A stretch of 64,000 nt of DNA from Octopus vulgaris (Eukaryota). Numbering within the stretch: position 1 is the first letter of the stretch; each line of letters opens with the position of its first letter. Positions 29,659-43,743 of this stretch are shown piece after piece. A program made the translations under genes and the position numbers. Below the pieces are notes generated by a model. That model ran no database searches. It saw only the letters and a list, made by a program, of their open reading frames with translations, and had not been told where the DNA came from. Location: positions 13,826,001-13,890,000 of the forward strand of contig OX597827.1 in the NCBI GenBank assembly GCA_951406725.2, in the 5' to 3' direction.

Positions 29659-29696
29659 CAGTTGAAAAGGTCTCAAAATGACCGAAACCGGTACTG
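29659..29696 (+). ncRNA. Degenerate minimal hammerhead motif
   Basis: CAG-TTGAAAA-GGTC tcaaaat GACC-GAAAC-CG-GTA-CTG; stems intact, core has C3U and G8A changes. Confidence 0.5.
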
Positions 29697-29785
29697 AAAG
29701 ATTCACTATAAAATTATCTTAGCATTTTCTATTTTTGACTTGTTTTTTCATATATATATATATACATATATATATGTATACATAC

Positions 29786-29839
<54 letters not shown>

Positions 29840-30695
29840 CACATTATATTTAAAAACCAAGGTCCTAAAAGTATATCGTTTATAGCTATTCGCCCTCCTT
29901 GAAATACTGCAATTTCATTCACTCTCCTCAAAAAATGACATCCACCATGCCTCCACCCATGTTCCCCACTGACTGTATTCATCTCTTTCCCTATCTCTAA
30001 CCATTTGTCACTCTCTTTTCACACTCTCACGAACATACCTGTCGACCACCTTTCTAGTCTTTATACCTATTTTCCACTATACACGCCTTTTGGTACCCTG
30101 AGGGTGTGTTTTGACAGCCCAACCCCATCATCACTTTTTTTTTCTGTTTCCAGCTGGACTAACCATGTCCTTCCTCCTCACCAACACACCTGTTCCTGTC
30201 CCCTCTCTCATACTTCGACTTCTCAACACCTGGCATAAAGCCACCTCTCTCAGTAGTAGACCACCACTCAACTGAAGGGGTTTTGCCTCATGGGTTACTT
30301 GGTGACCCTCACTTGTGCCAGTGCCATGAAAACATTAAAAAAAAACCCAGTAGATTCGGCAAAGTTTTTGGCATTTGGCAGAAGAAACTAGCCATTGAAA
30401 CCATACCAAAGCTGACGTTGAAGCTTACCGAAGTCATTTGGCTCATCAGATCCTGTCAAACCATCTGACCCCTGCCAGCATCGATGACAGATGTTAAACG
30501 ATGATGATAATGATAATGATGATGATGATGATGAGGATGATGATGATGGAGATGATGACAATGATGCCGACAACAACAACGGCGACAACTACAACAGCAA
30601 TGATGGTGATGATGATGATGATGATGATGATGAAGATGATGACGACGACGACAATGACAATAACAACATCAATGATGATGATGACGTATAATATC

Positions 30696-30727
<32 letters not shown>

Positions 30728-30739
30728 GTATATATATAT

Positions 30740-30809
<70 letters not shown>

Positions 30810-31064
30810 TTATATATATGATGTACTTTTATTTGTGTACAAAAGTACAGGCTTCCAGACAACAAGAATCAAAGCTTTGTGAGGTTCAATCTCACAATTT
30901 TCTTAAGGATATTAGTGACTTAATTAATGTGATATTAATTAAAAGTCAAAATTACATAATGAATATGTTTGCAGAAGTTTATCCATAACCTTAGCATGCA
31001 GGGGAGTCAAAATCAAGGGTCTGTATTGTATCACTAGTGCTAAAGTATACATGTATTATGCATG

Positions 31065-31716
31065 AAGGTGAGAGGTCAAGTGGTTTTGGATATTTGGCTC
31101 ATGATCGTGAGGTCAAGAGTTCAATACCTGGTGGTGCATTTTAATTCATGTTGTTCCAGTCCATCAGCTGGCTAAAATGAGAAGGATGTGACAAAACTTT
31201 GCCACATCCTGTGACACACTGAATCTCCCTGAGAATTGCATTAAGGGTATGTGTGTCTGTGGAGTGCTCAGCCACTCACATGCTCTTTACTCTTTTACTT
31301 GTTTCAGCCATTTGACTGTGGCCATGCTGGAGTACCGCCTTTAGTCGTGCAAATCGACCCCAGGACTTATTCTTTGTAAGCCCAGTACTTATTCTATCGG
31401 TCTCTTTTGCCGAACGGCTAAGTTGGCGGGGACATAAACACACCAGCATCGGTTGTCAGGCGATGTTGAGGAGACATATACACACACATACATATATATG
31501 TTTCCATCTAGCAAACTATGGGCTTCTTTCAGTTTCCGTCTACCAAATCCACTCACAAGGTTTTGGTCAGCCCGAGGCTATAGTAGAAGACACTTGCCCA
31601 AGGTGCCACGCAGTGGGACTGAACCTGGAACCATGCGGTTCATAAGCAAGCTACTTACCACACAGCCACTCCTACACCTACATGTTAAGTTCATGAGCAG
31701 ATTGTTCTGTTGATCA
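31065..31716 (+). mobile_element. Old tRNA-headed SINE split by a younger SINE (31283-31678)
   Basis: A/B-box-like head, then gtgacacactgaatctccctgag..ggagtgctcagccactcacatg, resuming as acatgttaagttcatgagcag after the insertion. Confidence 0.6.
31283..31678 (-). mobile_element. SINE family A
   Basis: Full copy; short acatg duplication at the ends. Confidence 0.85.
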
Positions 31717-32088
31717 ATGAATTAAGCACGGAACTTCTCTTGCCTCACTCATTTTGCTTAGCTAATGGATGATGTTAACTAAGTTCAGTAATTTTTGTAG
31801 CCATTAAGTACATTTAAACACTTCAGTGGTTATTTCTGAAATTGAGCTTTTTGGAAATAATTAAACTCACTTTTTTACAACCACCTATGACCACATCTAT
31901 AAAATCAAAACACTTCGCAGCACCCATGACTTTAAGAAACATTTTTTTCATTTTCCATTTTTCATCCTCAGAATTTTCAAAGCAAAAAATTAAATACCAG
32001 TGTCTGTTATTAACTGCCAGGACACTGCTTCCTTCAAGAATTCCAAACCTCTTGAAATTTGCCCACACTTCTCTGTGGCTCTTTTACT

Positions 32089-32401
32089 TACTTTTACTTT
32101 TACTAGTTTCAGTCACTTGACTGCGGCCATGCTGGACACCGCCTTTAGTCAAGCAAATCGACCCCGTGATTTATTCTTTGTAAGCCCAGTACTTATTCTA
32201 TTGGTCTCTTTGCTGAACCGCCAAGTGACGGGGACCTAAACACACCAGCATCGGTTGTCAAGCAAAAATTCTGACGGGGACAAACACAGACACACAAACA
32301 TATACACACACATACATATATATATATACATATATATGACTGGCTTCTTTCAGTTTCCGTCTACCAAATCCACTCACAAGGCATTTTCGAGGCTATAGCA
32401 G
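32089..32401 (-). mobile_element. SINE family A, 5' truncated, flanked by a 104-bp direct repeat
   Basis: 31985-32088 is identical to 32402-32505. Confidence 0.85.
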
Positions 32402-33643
32402 AAAAATTAAATACCAGTGTCTGTTATTAACTGCCAGGACACTGCTTCCTTCAAGAATTCCAAACCTCTTGAAATTTGCCCACACTTCTCTGTGGCTCTT
32501 TTACTGTTCATTTTTCTGTTCTTTTTTCTTTTATTTTACTCCTTTACTCCTTTACTTGTTTCAGTCACTTGACTGTGGCCATGCTGGAGCAACTATGCAT
32601 GCACTTTTAGCATTTGTTGATGTCTTTAACTTGATTTAGTATTGGTTTCTGTCCCATCTGTTACCCTTTTTCAAAATGTCATTGTGCACCTGAGCACTGT
32701 TACAAGAACCCCATTATTATTAGCTACAAAAATTTTTTAAAATGGTATGTGACTATGTGTGAAGATTTGCATGGTCATTCGATCTGCAAGAAATACCAGC
32801 CAAATCTCCTTAAATTAAATCATACCATTTTGCAAAATGTTAAGAAACATTTTGACTCACCAAGGGAGCCTCAATGCAATTGTATTGCTTGCTAGAAATA
32901 GCAGCTTATCTCCTGCAAATTATACTGTAAAGTTTTACAAAATGGAAGAGCACATTTCAGCTAAAAGAGGGAGCAAATAGCAACCAAATCTACCTCACAT
33001 TACATTTTGCAAAATGGAATGATGCATTTTGAACCAATGAGAGAGGTTCTACACAGATGCATGACATGCTAAAACTAGCAGTCAAAAGGTAAGGTATATG
33101 TGCAAATGAGTCGATGGTCACAGCTGGAACTGCTTTGATAAGGAGTCTGTTAAATCAGAGCTGGCATGGGCCTTAGCAGCAACATCAACACCAGAAAAAC
33201 ACATTAGCTAAAATAGTCTTATATATGCAAAATATTGGATGGTCATAGCTGGAGTACTTTTAATCATAGGTCTACAATCTGAGTCATAAGAAATAGCAGC
33301 AACAATGATGAAAGGACACATTGGACAATGTGGTTGTATGTACACAGAAGGTGGGATAGACATGTCTGGAAATCTTTTGATCATGGGTCTGCTTGAGCAC
33401 AGCTGACCTCAGGGACCAAACAACTACTGATATAAAGTTCACTAAAATCATCAAACATTGCTGTGTAGATGGATGATAAATGTTGAGACCAAATACTATC
33501 GCACGTAAATAAGTCTAATGACTACAGACGCAAACAAGAACAATTTACACAAGTATTTCAGTTCTTCCAATAAAATCTTTGAACTTTATATATAAAAAGA
33601 AAACAGAAAACTCAATATATTTTAATTGGCTTCAGAAATATTG

Positions 33644-33687
<44 letters not shown>

Positions 33688-33780
33688 GCACAAAAATCAT
33701 AGATTTCTGATTTGGTCAATATGCAAACACATACATATTCACATTTTAGATAAAATCTCTCCTCTCAAACCACAACATCT

Positions 33781-33993
33781 CTCTTTTACTCTTTTACTCT
33801 TTTACTTGTTTCAGTCATTTGACTGCAGCCATGCTGGAGCACCGCCTTTAGTGGAGGAAATCAACCCCGGGACTTATTCTTTGTAAGTCCAGTACTTATT
33901 CTATCGATCTCTTTTGCCGAACCGCTAAGTGACGGGGACGTAAACACACCAGCATCGGTTGTCAAGCAATGCTAGGGGGACAAACACAGACAC

Positions 33994-34024
<31 letters not shown>

Positions 34025-34199
34025 CATATATATATACGACAGGCTTCTTTCAGTTTCCGTCTACCAAATCCACTCACAAGGCATTGGTCGGCCCGAGGCA
34101 ATAGCAGAAGACACTTGCCCAAGATGCCACGCAGTGGGACTGAACCCGGAACCATGTGGTTGGTTAGCAAGCTACTTACCACACACCCATTCCTGCGCC
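33781..34199 (-). mobile_element. SINE family A
   Basis: Full copy with tail. Confidence 0.85.
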
Positions 34200-35771
34200 T
34201 AGCTTCTCTAAATATTTATCAACCACCGAGCTGTGGCCTTCCTCTATCGTTTCTACCACTGTAACCAACTACATTTTCCAAACCAATGAGGGAAGAACAT
34301 CTGTGCGGTCATTCAGTTTGCTAGAAACAGCATTTGAATCAGAACGTAACAACCGTTACATTCTGAGTTCAAATTCCGCCGAGGTCGACTTTGCCTTTCA
34401 TCCTTTCTGGGTGGATTAATTAAGTACCAGTTATGCACTGGGGTCGATGTAATCGACTTAATCCCTTTGTCTGTCCTTGTTTGTCCCCTCTATGTTTAGC
34501 CCCTTGTGGGCAATAAAGAAATAAGAAACAGCATTTGAATTCCCCCAAAATCAAAGTTCAGCAGCTTAAACACAGAACTGTACATTACATCACATAGTAA
34601 TAAATATCTCTAAATTTATTAGGATGGTCACGTTTGGAATGCTTTTCACCACAGGTTTACTTAATGAAGGTTGGACTAAAACTGACAGCAACAACTGTAC
34701 TTCCCTTCTTTGGTAATTCTGCACAATTACACTGCCTTCTTTCACCCCTACTCAAGTTACCTCAATGTTTTCCATAGCTTCTCTTTCTTCCTATCTTATA
34801 TTTCATATCTTCTAATCAGCAACAACTGAAAACAAATGTCTACTTGACTAAATTCATAAAATTCTGAAAGGGATTCAACCTTTCATTATCATATTTCTTC
34901 TAAAATAAACTGCTTTCATCATCATAATCATCATCGTTTAACGTCCACTTTCCATGCTAGCATGGGTTGTACGGTTCGACTGGGGTCTGGGAAACCAGGA
35001 GGCTGCACCAGACTCCAATCTGATCTGGCAGAGTTTCTACAGCTGGATACCCATTCTAACGCCAACCACTCCATGAGTCTAGTGGGTGCTTTTTACGTGC
35101 TACCACCACAGGTGCCAGGGGAAGTTGGCAACGGCCACGATTGGTTGGTGCTTTTTACATGCCACTGGCACGAATGTGCAAACAATGAAGAACTCAGCTG
35201 ATGTTTGGAACAAAAATTTACATGGAATTTTGATACAACCTTTTAATTTAGATCATTTTCAAACATGTAGCACCATGGGTTACTTCAGGAAGCTGGTATC
35301 CAAAGAAGGTGGCGAGCTGGCAGAGACGTTAGCACGCCGGGTGAAATGCTTAGCGGTATTTCATCTGCCGTTACGTTGTTAGTTCAAATTCTGCCGAGGT
35401 TGACTTTGCCTTTCATCCTTTCGGGGTCAATAAATTAAGTACCAGTTACGCACTGGGGTCGATGTAATCGACTTAATACCTATGTCTGTCCTTGTTTGTC
35501 CCCTCTAAGTTTAGCCCCTTGTGGGTAATAAAGAAATAGGTATCAAAAAGGTTAAGATGGTTACAAGCACTGCTTTTCCTCGGTCTAACAGAAAAGACTT
35601 CCTTAAACTTCTAAACACAAAGAAAATAAGACTGGTAACAATGAAAACTTATTCAGTTTCAATTTTAAAAGTAATGCATCAAAAGATCTCCAAACGTATT
35701 TTTGTCACCAAAATTAGGAGTACCCATAATCCATCCATCCAGCCAACCATTCAACTAGCCAGCCAGCCAGC

Positions 35772-36250
35772 CATACATACATACATACATACATACATAC
35801 ATACATACATACATACATACATACACACATACATGCATACATACATGCATACATACATACATACATGCATACATACATGCATACATACATACATACATAC
35901 ATACATACATGCATGTATGCATACATGCATACATACATACATGCATGCATGCATGCATACATACATGCATGCATACATACATACATACATACATACATAC
36001 ATAAATACATACAAACATACATACATACATACATACATACATACATACATAAATACATACAAACATACATACATACATACATACATACATGCATACACAC
36101 ATGCATACACACATACATACATAAATACATATAAACATACATACATACATACATACATGCATACATACATACATACATACATGCATACATACATGCATAC
36201 ATACATACATACATACATACATACATACATGCATGCATGCATGCATACAT
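35772..36250. repeat. (CATA)n tetranucleotide microsatellite
   Basis: Direct reading. Confidence 0.95.
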
Positions 36251-36608
36251 ATTTGGTTTTAAAGGTTGAACTCAGAGTAAGAAAGGCTATCAATAATAGT
36301 GAGTAAAATTAAGTTCAAAGAAATCCTTTGGATCGTAGTAAAAGTCATGTTTACAGAAGATGTAGGTTCATGTTCCATGGACACATTGGACAATGTGGTT
36401 GTATGTATACAGAAGGTGGGATAGACATGTCTGGAAATCTTTTGATCACGGGTCTGCTTGAGCACAGCTGACCTCAGGGACCAAACAACTACTGATATAA
36501 AGTTCACTAAAATTTTCCAAGCCAAAGGAATTTTTTAAAGCAATATTTACATACTATTATTTTTGGCTTTGTTTATTTTTTTTCCCGTTCTTATGACATG
36601 AATACCAA

Positions 36609-37020
<412 letters not shown>

Positions 37021-37356
37021 ATCTATTTCTCTCTCTCTTTCACTCTCTGTCTCTCTCTATATGTGTGTGTGTGTGTGTATGTATATGCATGTGTTTATAT
37101 AGATAGATACATACATACATAATATATATAAATATATATAGCAAATGTGCGTTACTCTGTGTGTGTCCATGTATATGCATGAGTGTGTATGTCCATGTAT
37201 GTATAATTGTGTGTGTGTATGTATTATGTGTGTATGTGGGAAGTATGTGTGGGTACATTTGTGTGTGCATGTATGTATGTTTGTGTGTGTATATATGTGT
37301 GCACATGTGAATGTATGTGTGTGTGTACATGTGTGCGGTTATGTGTGGGCATGCAT

Positions 37357-37392
<36 letters not shown>

Positions 37393-38640
37393 ATGTGCTT
37401 ACATGCGCATGTATGTGTATGTGTGTGTATATTTATGCTCATGTGTAATTGTGTGCATGTCTGTATGAGTGTGTTGTGTGTGTGTGGGAGGTATATGTGT
37501 GTACATGTGCGAGTGTGTGAACGTGGAGATGTGTGTCAAGCTATGTGTGTGTTTTGTTGTGTGTATGCACGCATGTGTGTATGTATGTGTATGTGGTTGT
37601 GTGTACATGTGTACGTTATGTGCGTGTGTGTATGTGTGTCTGTGTGTGCGTGGGGTTGTGTGGGTTAGGCATGTGTGCATTCCTGTGCTTGTGTATGTGT
37701 GTGTACATGTGTGTGTGTGTGTGTGCATGTGTGTGTATGTGTGTGCATGTGTATGTATGTGCATGTGATTGTGTGTACATGTGTACATTATGTGTGTGTG
37801 TGTGTGTTTATGTGTGCGTGGGGTTGTGTGGGTTAGGTATGTGTGCATTCCTGTGCTTGTGTATGTGTGTGTACATGTGTGTGTGTGTGTGTGTGTGTAC
37901 GCATAGAATATAAAACAACCTTGATAAAAAATTATATCTACTTTTCTGACGAAAGCAATGCTGTTCTGAACATTTTGGCCGCAACTGTATATAAATATAT
38001 GCACACACACACACATATATATATGTATATATGAGTATGAGAGAGAGAGAGAGAGGGTTTCCGTTTATCTGTGTATATCACTAAGAAGTGTAAACAGCAG
38101 TGAGAAAACCATAACACTGGTGCATCTAAATAAAATTACCGTGTGTGATATTTTCTCTCTGTACCAATTTGCAGACAGTTCCCTGTCATTCTCATCATCA
38201 GAAATTCAGATAACCAATGATTGGTCTGTTGGATATTCATAACCAGCAACACAATTGTTTACCGAATGTGATATATAATAAATGAGGTGAAGCGACTGAT
38301 GAATGCACAGCTCTAGATTGAGTGACGGGTACTCATATCAATTGGCTGTCGACTTTCCATGGGTGATATTTCCAAATATAAGGCTGATACCTGTCTCTGG
38401 CCATAAGCAGCTTGGGCCGAGAGAACTACTGTAAATCTGAGTTTGTGTGTGTCATGTCTGTGTGGTTTGAAGTTCGATTCAGAACCATGAGATTCTGAGT
38501 TTTTGATCTACTTTATGGTACCCAGACTAAGTGCCTTTTACCATTGATAATTACCTTGTGAGTGAAATTTGGTAGACAAAACCAAGGGTGGAAGTCCTTT
38601 GCATGTGTGTGCATATATACATATATATATATTCTTTTAT

Positions 38641-38846
38641 TCTTTCTTTTACTTGTTTCAGTCATTTGACTGCGGCCATGCTGGAGCACCGCCTTTAGCC
38701 GAGCAACTTGACCCCGGGACTTATTCTTCTGTAAGCCCAGTACTTATTCTATCGGTCTCTTTCTGCCGAACCGCTAAGTGACGGGGACATAAACACACCA
38801 GCATCGGTTGTCAAGCAATGCTAGGGGGACAAACACAGACACACAA

Positions 38847-38897
<51 letters not shown>

Positions 38898-39085
38898 TAT
38901 GTATATATATATATACATATATACGACGGGCTTCTTTCAGTTTCCGTCTACCAAATCCACTCACAAGGCTTTGGTCGACCCGAGGCAATAGTAGAAGACA
39001 CTTGCCCGAGGTGCCACGCAGTGGGAGTGAACCCGGAACCATGTGGTTGGTAAACAAGCAACTTACCACACAGTTACTCCTGCGT
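38641..39085 (-). mobile_element. SINE family A
   Basis: Full copy. Confidence 0.85.
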
Positions 39086-39593
39086 CTATATAATATTTAT
39101 ATATGTATAAATATTATATATGTGTTTCTTTATTACCCACAAGGGGCTAAACATAGAGGGGACAAACAAGGACAGACAAACGGATTAATATGATTAAATC
39201 GACCCCAGTGCTTAACTGGTACTTAATTTATCGACCCCGATAGGATGAAAGGGAAAGTCGATCTCGGCGGAATTTGAACTCAGAACGTAACGGCAGATGA
39301 AATACGACTACGCATTTCGCTCGGCGTGCTAACGGTTCTGCCAGCTCACCGCCTTTAAATACTATATATGTGTCTGTGTTGCATTTGTGTGTGTGTGTGT
39401 GTGCATGTGAGTGTGAATGTGTGCATACGCACCTATATTCACACACATACACACATGTGTATTATTGAAACAGTGAGACTAACAAAAGGTGTTTTGGTTG
39501 TTCAAAAAATCCATGAGACCTTACCATATGTCTCCTTATAGTTAATGCCCCCTTTCTCTCTCTCCTCATTCACTCTCACTCTCTCTGTTATAT

Positions 39594-39637
<44 letters not shown>

Positions 39638-39879
39638 ACGCAATGAGTCGAAACAGGGGCAGCTGATGAAGGGGAATGTTCCTTGTGTTGTTTGTCTTGT
39701 ACTCTGTTTTTTCGTTGTTAAAAAAAGTCCATTTCCTTGTTTTGTTTTTATGTTTTCGTTTCTCGTTGTGTTCTACGTTTATTTGTGGTGTCCTGTACCC
39801 ATATATGCATGTATATATACATATAGATGTAGGTATGTACATATATGTATGTATGCATATGTTTTATTTATTAAATTGT

Positions 39880-39928
<49 letters not shown>

Positions 39929-40994
39929 TACATATATATATACATACATATATATACATACACACACATATATATGTATTTACATGCATGCACACACACA
40001 CATATATGTATATGTGTGTGTGTATGTGTGTATTTTTCACAATACAACATGAATCAGAATAAATGAAATAAAATTGAAATGCTACAATGCCTGTGGGTGA
40101 GGTAAAAAGAATGTAGACATATTTATTCTATGATTTTAATGTGTAGAATAAAGGGGAGGAGTCTCCTAATGGACTGTTCCAAAATTTGGTGATCATCCAT
40201 CAGAGACGTACCTGGCTTTTTTTCCTCAGTAAACAGCACAAAACCTTCAGCTACTACATAAAGCAGTCAAACTTTAGACTAGCATGGTTAGTTGAATTGG
40301 CATATTTGTAATGCTGATGGTTCACCATTAATTCAATTTATGTGTGTGTGTGTGTGTGTGTGTGTGGATGAATAAAACCTGGTACATTCAAGCAGAAATA
40401 CCATTGGAATTGTTTCCAAACCAAAGTTTTTATCTCTTTACACATCAAGGCTTGCTTTTCATTTTGTATCGTATGTGATCAGCAATGTAAATAGAAGACA
40501 ATATACAAGAGGTCAATATAATCGACTATAACTCTTATAGATTGTGCCCCAGCATGACCAGCATCAAATGACTGAAACCCCCCCAAAAAACAAAAAACAA
40601 AATAATAATAATAATAAAATAACAGAATAAAGAATGAAAGAATTATCTATCCTGTGATTCTGCCACAAAAGTAGATTTCACAATGCTTAAATAAAAAAAA
40701 ACAACAAAATAAAATTGACTCTCCAATTCCTAATGTTGTTTTTCCTCTTTGATCTTTTTGTTTTGTCTGAAGAACTGAAGATTATCAGAGAAAGATATAC
40801 AAAATGTTTGTATTATCTAATAAGCCGTATACATGCATACAATTCATACACAAATATGTACATACACATACACATATACACACATACAAACATATCATAG
40901 GTATACACTCTCACACATATATACGTGTACATCCATAAATAAATATAAATATATATTCATGTATATCTACATACACACAGACATATATATATAC

Positions 40995-41047
<53 letters not shown>

Positions 41048-41152
41048 TATGTATATATGCATATATATATATAAATATATATGAATGTATATATACATAT
41101 ATATGTATATATACATCTGTATGTATATATTCACATATATATATATGAATGC

Positions 41153-41233
<81 letters not shown>

Positions 41234-41627
41234 TATATGAATGTATATGTATATATACATCTGCATGTATATATATATATATACATGAATGTATATATAT
41301 ATATATATATATTTGTGTGTATATTTATATTTATATATATATTGTGGCAGTCATCCAAATCCTATTATTTTTGTTGATGATATTTTGGTAATCACTTGGC
41401 CAGTCGCTGCTTCAGACGATATCGATGATTTCTCATGCTGCTATAAACTACAAGTAGCTCAAAAATATCACAAATACAATTATAGTTCAATAACCTACAT
41501 GACTCCATGTTGTTGGTCAGCCTGTCAGGAAACAGTAGCCAAATCTCTCTTAAATCACACTTCCACTGTCTTAAACAACAAGAAGCACAGCATCTGGTAT
41601 GTGTGTTTGTGTGTATGCATGTATGTA

Positions 41628-41718
<91 letters not shown>

Positions 41719-42060
41719 GTATATATACATTAGTAGCAGTGTGAAGCAATATATATACATACATATGTGTGTATACATACATATACATAGACAGAGGGAT
41801 ATATATATATATATATATAGATATGTATGTATGTATGCATGTATGTATATGCATGTATATGTATGCATATATATATATGTGTGTGTGTGTATGTATGTAT
41901 GTATATATGTATGTATGCATGTATGTATATGCATGTATATGTATGCATATATATATATGTGTGTGTGTGTATGTATGTATGTATATATGTATGTATGCAT
42001 GTATGTATATGCATGTATATGTATGCATATATATATATATATGTATGTATGTATATATAT

Positions 42061-42134
<74 letters not shown>

Positions 42135-42789
42135 TTATATATGTATATATATGTTTATATATATATATACATGTTTGTGTGTGTGTAATGGTAATGAATA
42201 GAATGTTTTTGATCATAGCTTTGTTCAATGTGGTCTGACCTGGGGCTAAACAACATCAACATTTCCAAACCTTTATTTTCAGATTTCTTGTCACAGCATA
42301 AGTAGAACCAAAAATCATTTTCGATTTAAAACATGAAATGTGTTCTTTGTAATACAGCAGAGCTATATTACGTTTACCTTTTTTTTTTTATTAATATCAA
42401 AGCAATCTTACCTCAAAGAAGAAAACAGAAATCCATCAGAAGTTTTTTTTTTTCCTTCTTTTTTTTTTTTTTTAAATTAAGATCCAGTCGGTGCTAGATT
42501 TTCGACAAGTCGTGGGAAGGAAACCAGGTTTCCTTGATTGATACGACCTAAGGAGAAAGAAAAATATAATTTATTAACTAAACTTCGAAAACTGAAATTT
42601 TGTTTTTTTTTTTGTTTTTTTTGTGAGATTTTGCAAGAAGAAAAACAAGAAAAATCAGCAGACCCTTTTCAGAATAACATTAATCCCTGGAGCATGGTGT
42701 ATTTCTACCTACAGTTTATATATTGTTTTTTTTTTTTGTTTTTTTAATTTTTGAATTTTTCATATTAAGCTAATGAGAAATGAATCAGA

Positions 42790-42900
42790 CCATCACTTTC
42801 TTCCTAGAACATCAACCTTTTGGAATTCCCTCTTTGCTCATGTCCCTCCTGTAGGTATTGATTCACATAGGATGAAGAAGCACATTAATGGCATAAATTT
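42790..42900 (+). mobile_element. Old non-LTR (CR1/Jockey-like) ORF2 C-terminal remnant
   Basis: FLPRTSTFWNSL..HV.P..........KKHIN resembles the FFPRT..WNSLP C-terminal motif. Confidence 0.45.
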
Positions 42901-43214
42901 TACTGGTTTAGGTGGGGCCCATAAAGACCATGGGCTCTGCCACTTCCTTCAGTCCCAACAAGTGAAAACAAAAATAAGTAAAACTAAAAACCAAGAAAAC
43001 AACCATACTATGCACTGGTCTATCACAGTTTTTTGAATTTTTTTTTTTAACCTATGGGAAGAATTGAACTTGACACTGTGGACTAATCAACAATCAACAT
43101 TCTTGGTGCTCTCATTGACTGAAATAGCAAATTATTCCTACCCTACAATGTCCATTGATTCAGCACAGTGTATTTTCTTTTACCCAAAGCCAAGAACTTT
43201 TCAGGATCTCCTCA

Positions 43215-43264
<50 letters not shown>

Positions 43265-43522
43265 TGTGTGTGTGTGTGTGTGTGTAACAAGCTTTTGTAC
43301 TTGTTCTAACTTTCACTCACAAAGATATTGTTGAAGGTACCACTGTGAGATTGAAACCAAAAGTCATTTCATTGTGGCGCAAATATCTTAACCATGCACC
43401 TATATATGCACCTATCTAGATGACTAACTCTTGTCAAGAAAACTAAGAGAGAGAAAGAGAGAAAGAGAGAGAGGGGGAGAGAGTGAGAGAGAGAGAGAGA
43501 GACCGAGGTTGTTTCTTTTTAA

Positions 43523-43743
43523 CCCTTTAGTGCTCAGATTACTCTGTTAAATGTAATATTTTTTTTATTCAAATTGTTTTGAATTAATCAAGCATTATCT
43601 CATAGCTTTGAGGTTTCAATGATGTGATTGTTTATTTTTAGACTGTCAGTGTAGGTTAGGTGTGAGAGGCTAGATGTGGCCAGTTTGAATATAAAACATA
43701 TAGAATATTTGGGCCGGATATAACCGGTTTAAACACTAAAGGG
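43523..43743. mobile_element. piggyBac-like MITE (partial related copy at ~55245-55324)
   Basis: TTAA|CCCTTTAGTG ... CACTAAAGGG|TTAA. Confidence 0.8.

Noticed and set aside
38390-38430. Possible minus-strand micro-exon (tttacAG|TAGTTC...GACAG|GTATC)
   Set aside because: No polypyrimidine tract, and a stop codon in the phase needed to follow the Pcdh exon
39645-39690. CTGATGA next to GAAAC (and CTGATGA at ~48253 minus) as further hammerheads
   Set aside because: Motif order and stems do not close into a hammerhead, and there is no NUH site; at most truncated remnants
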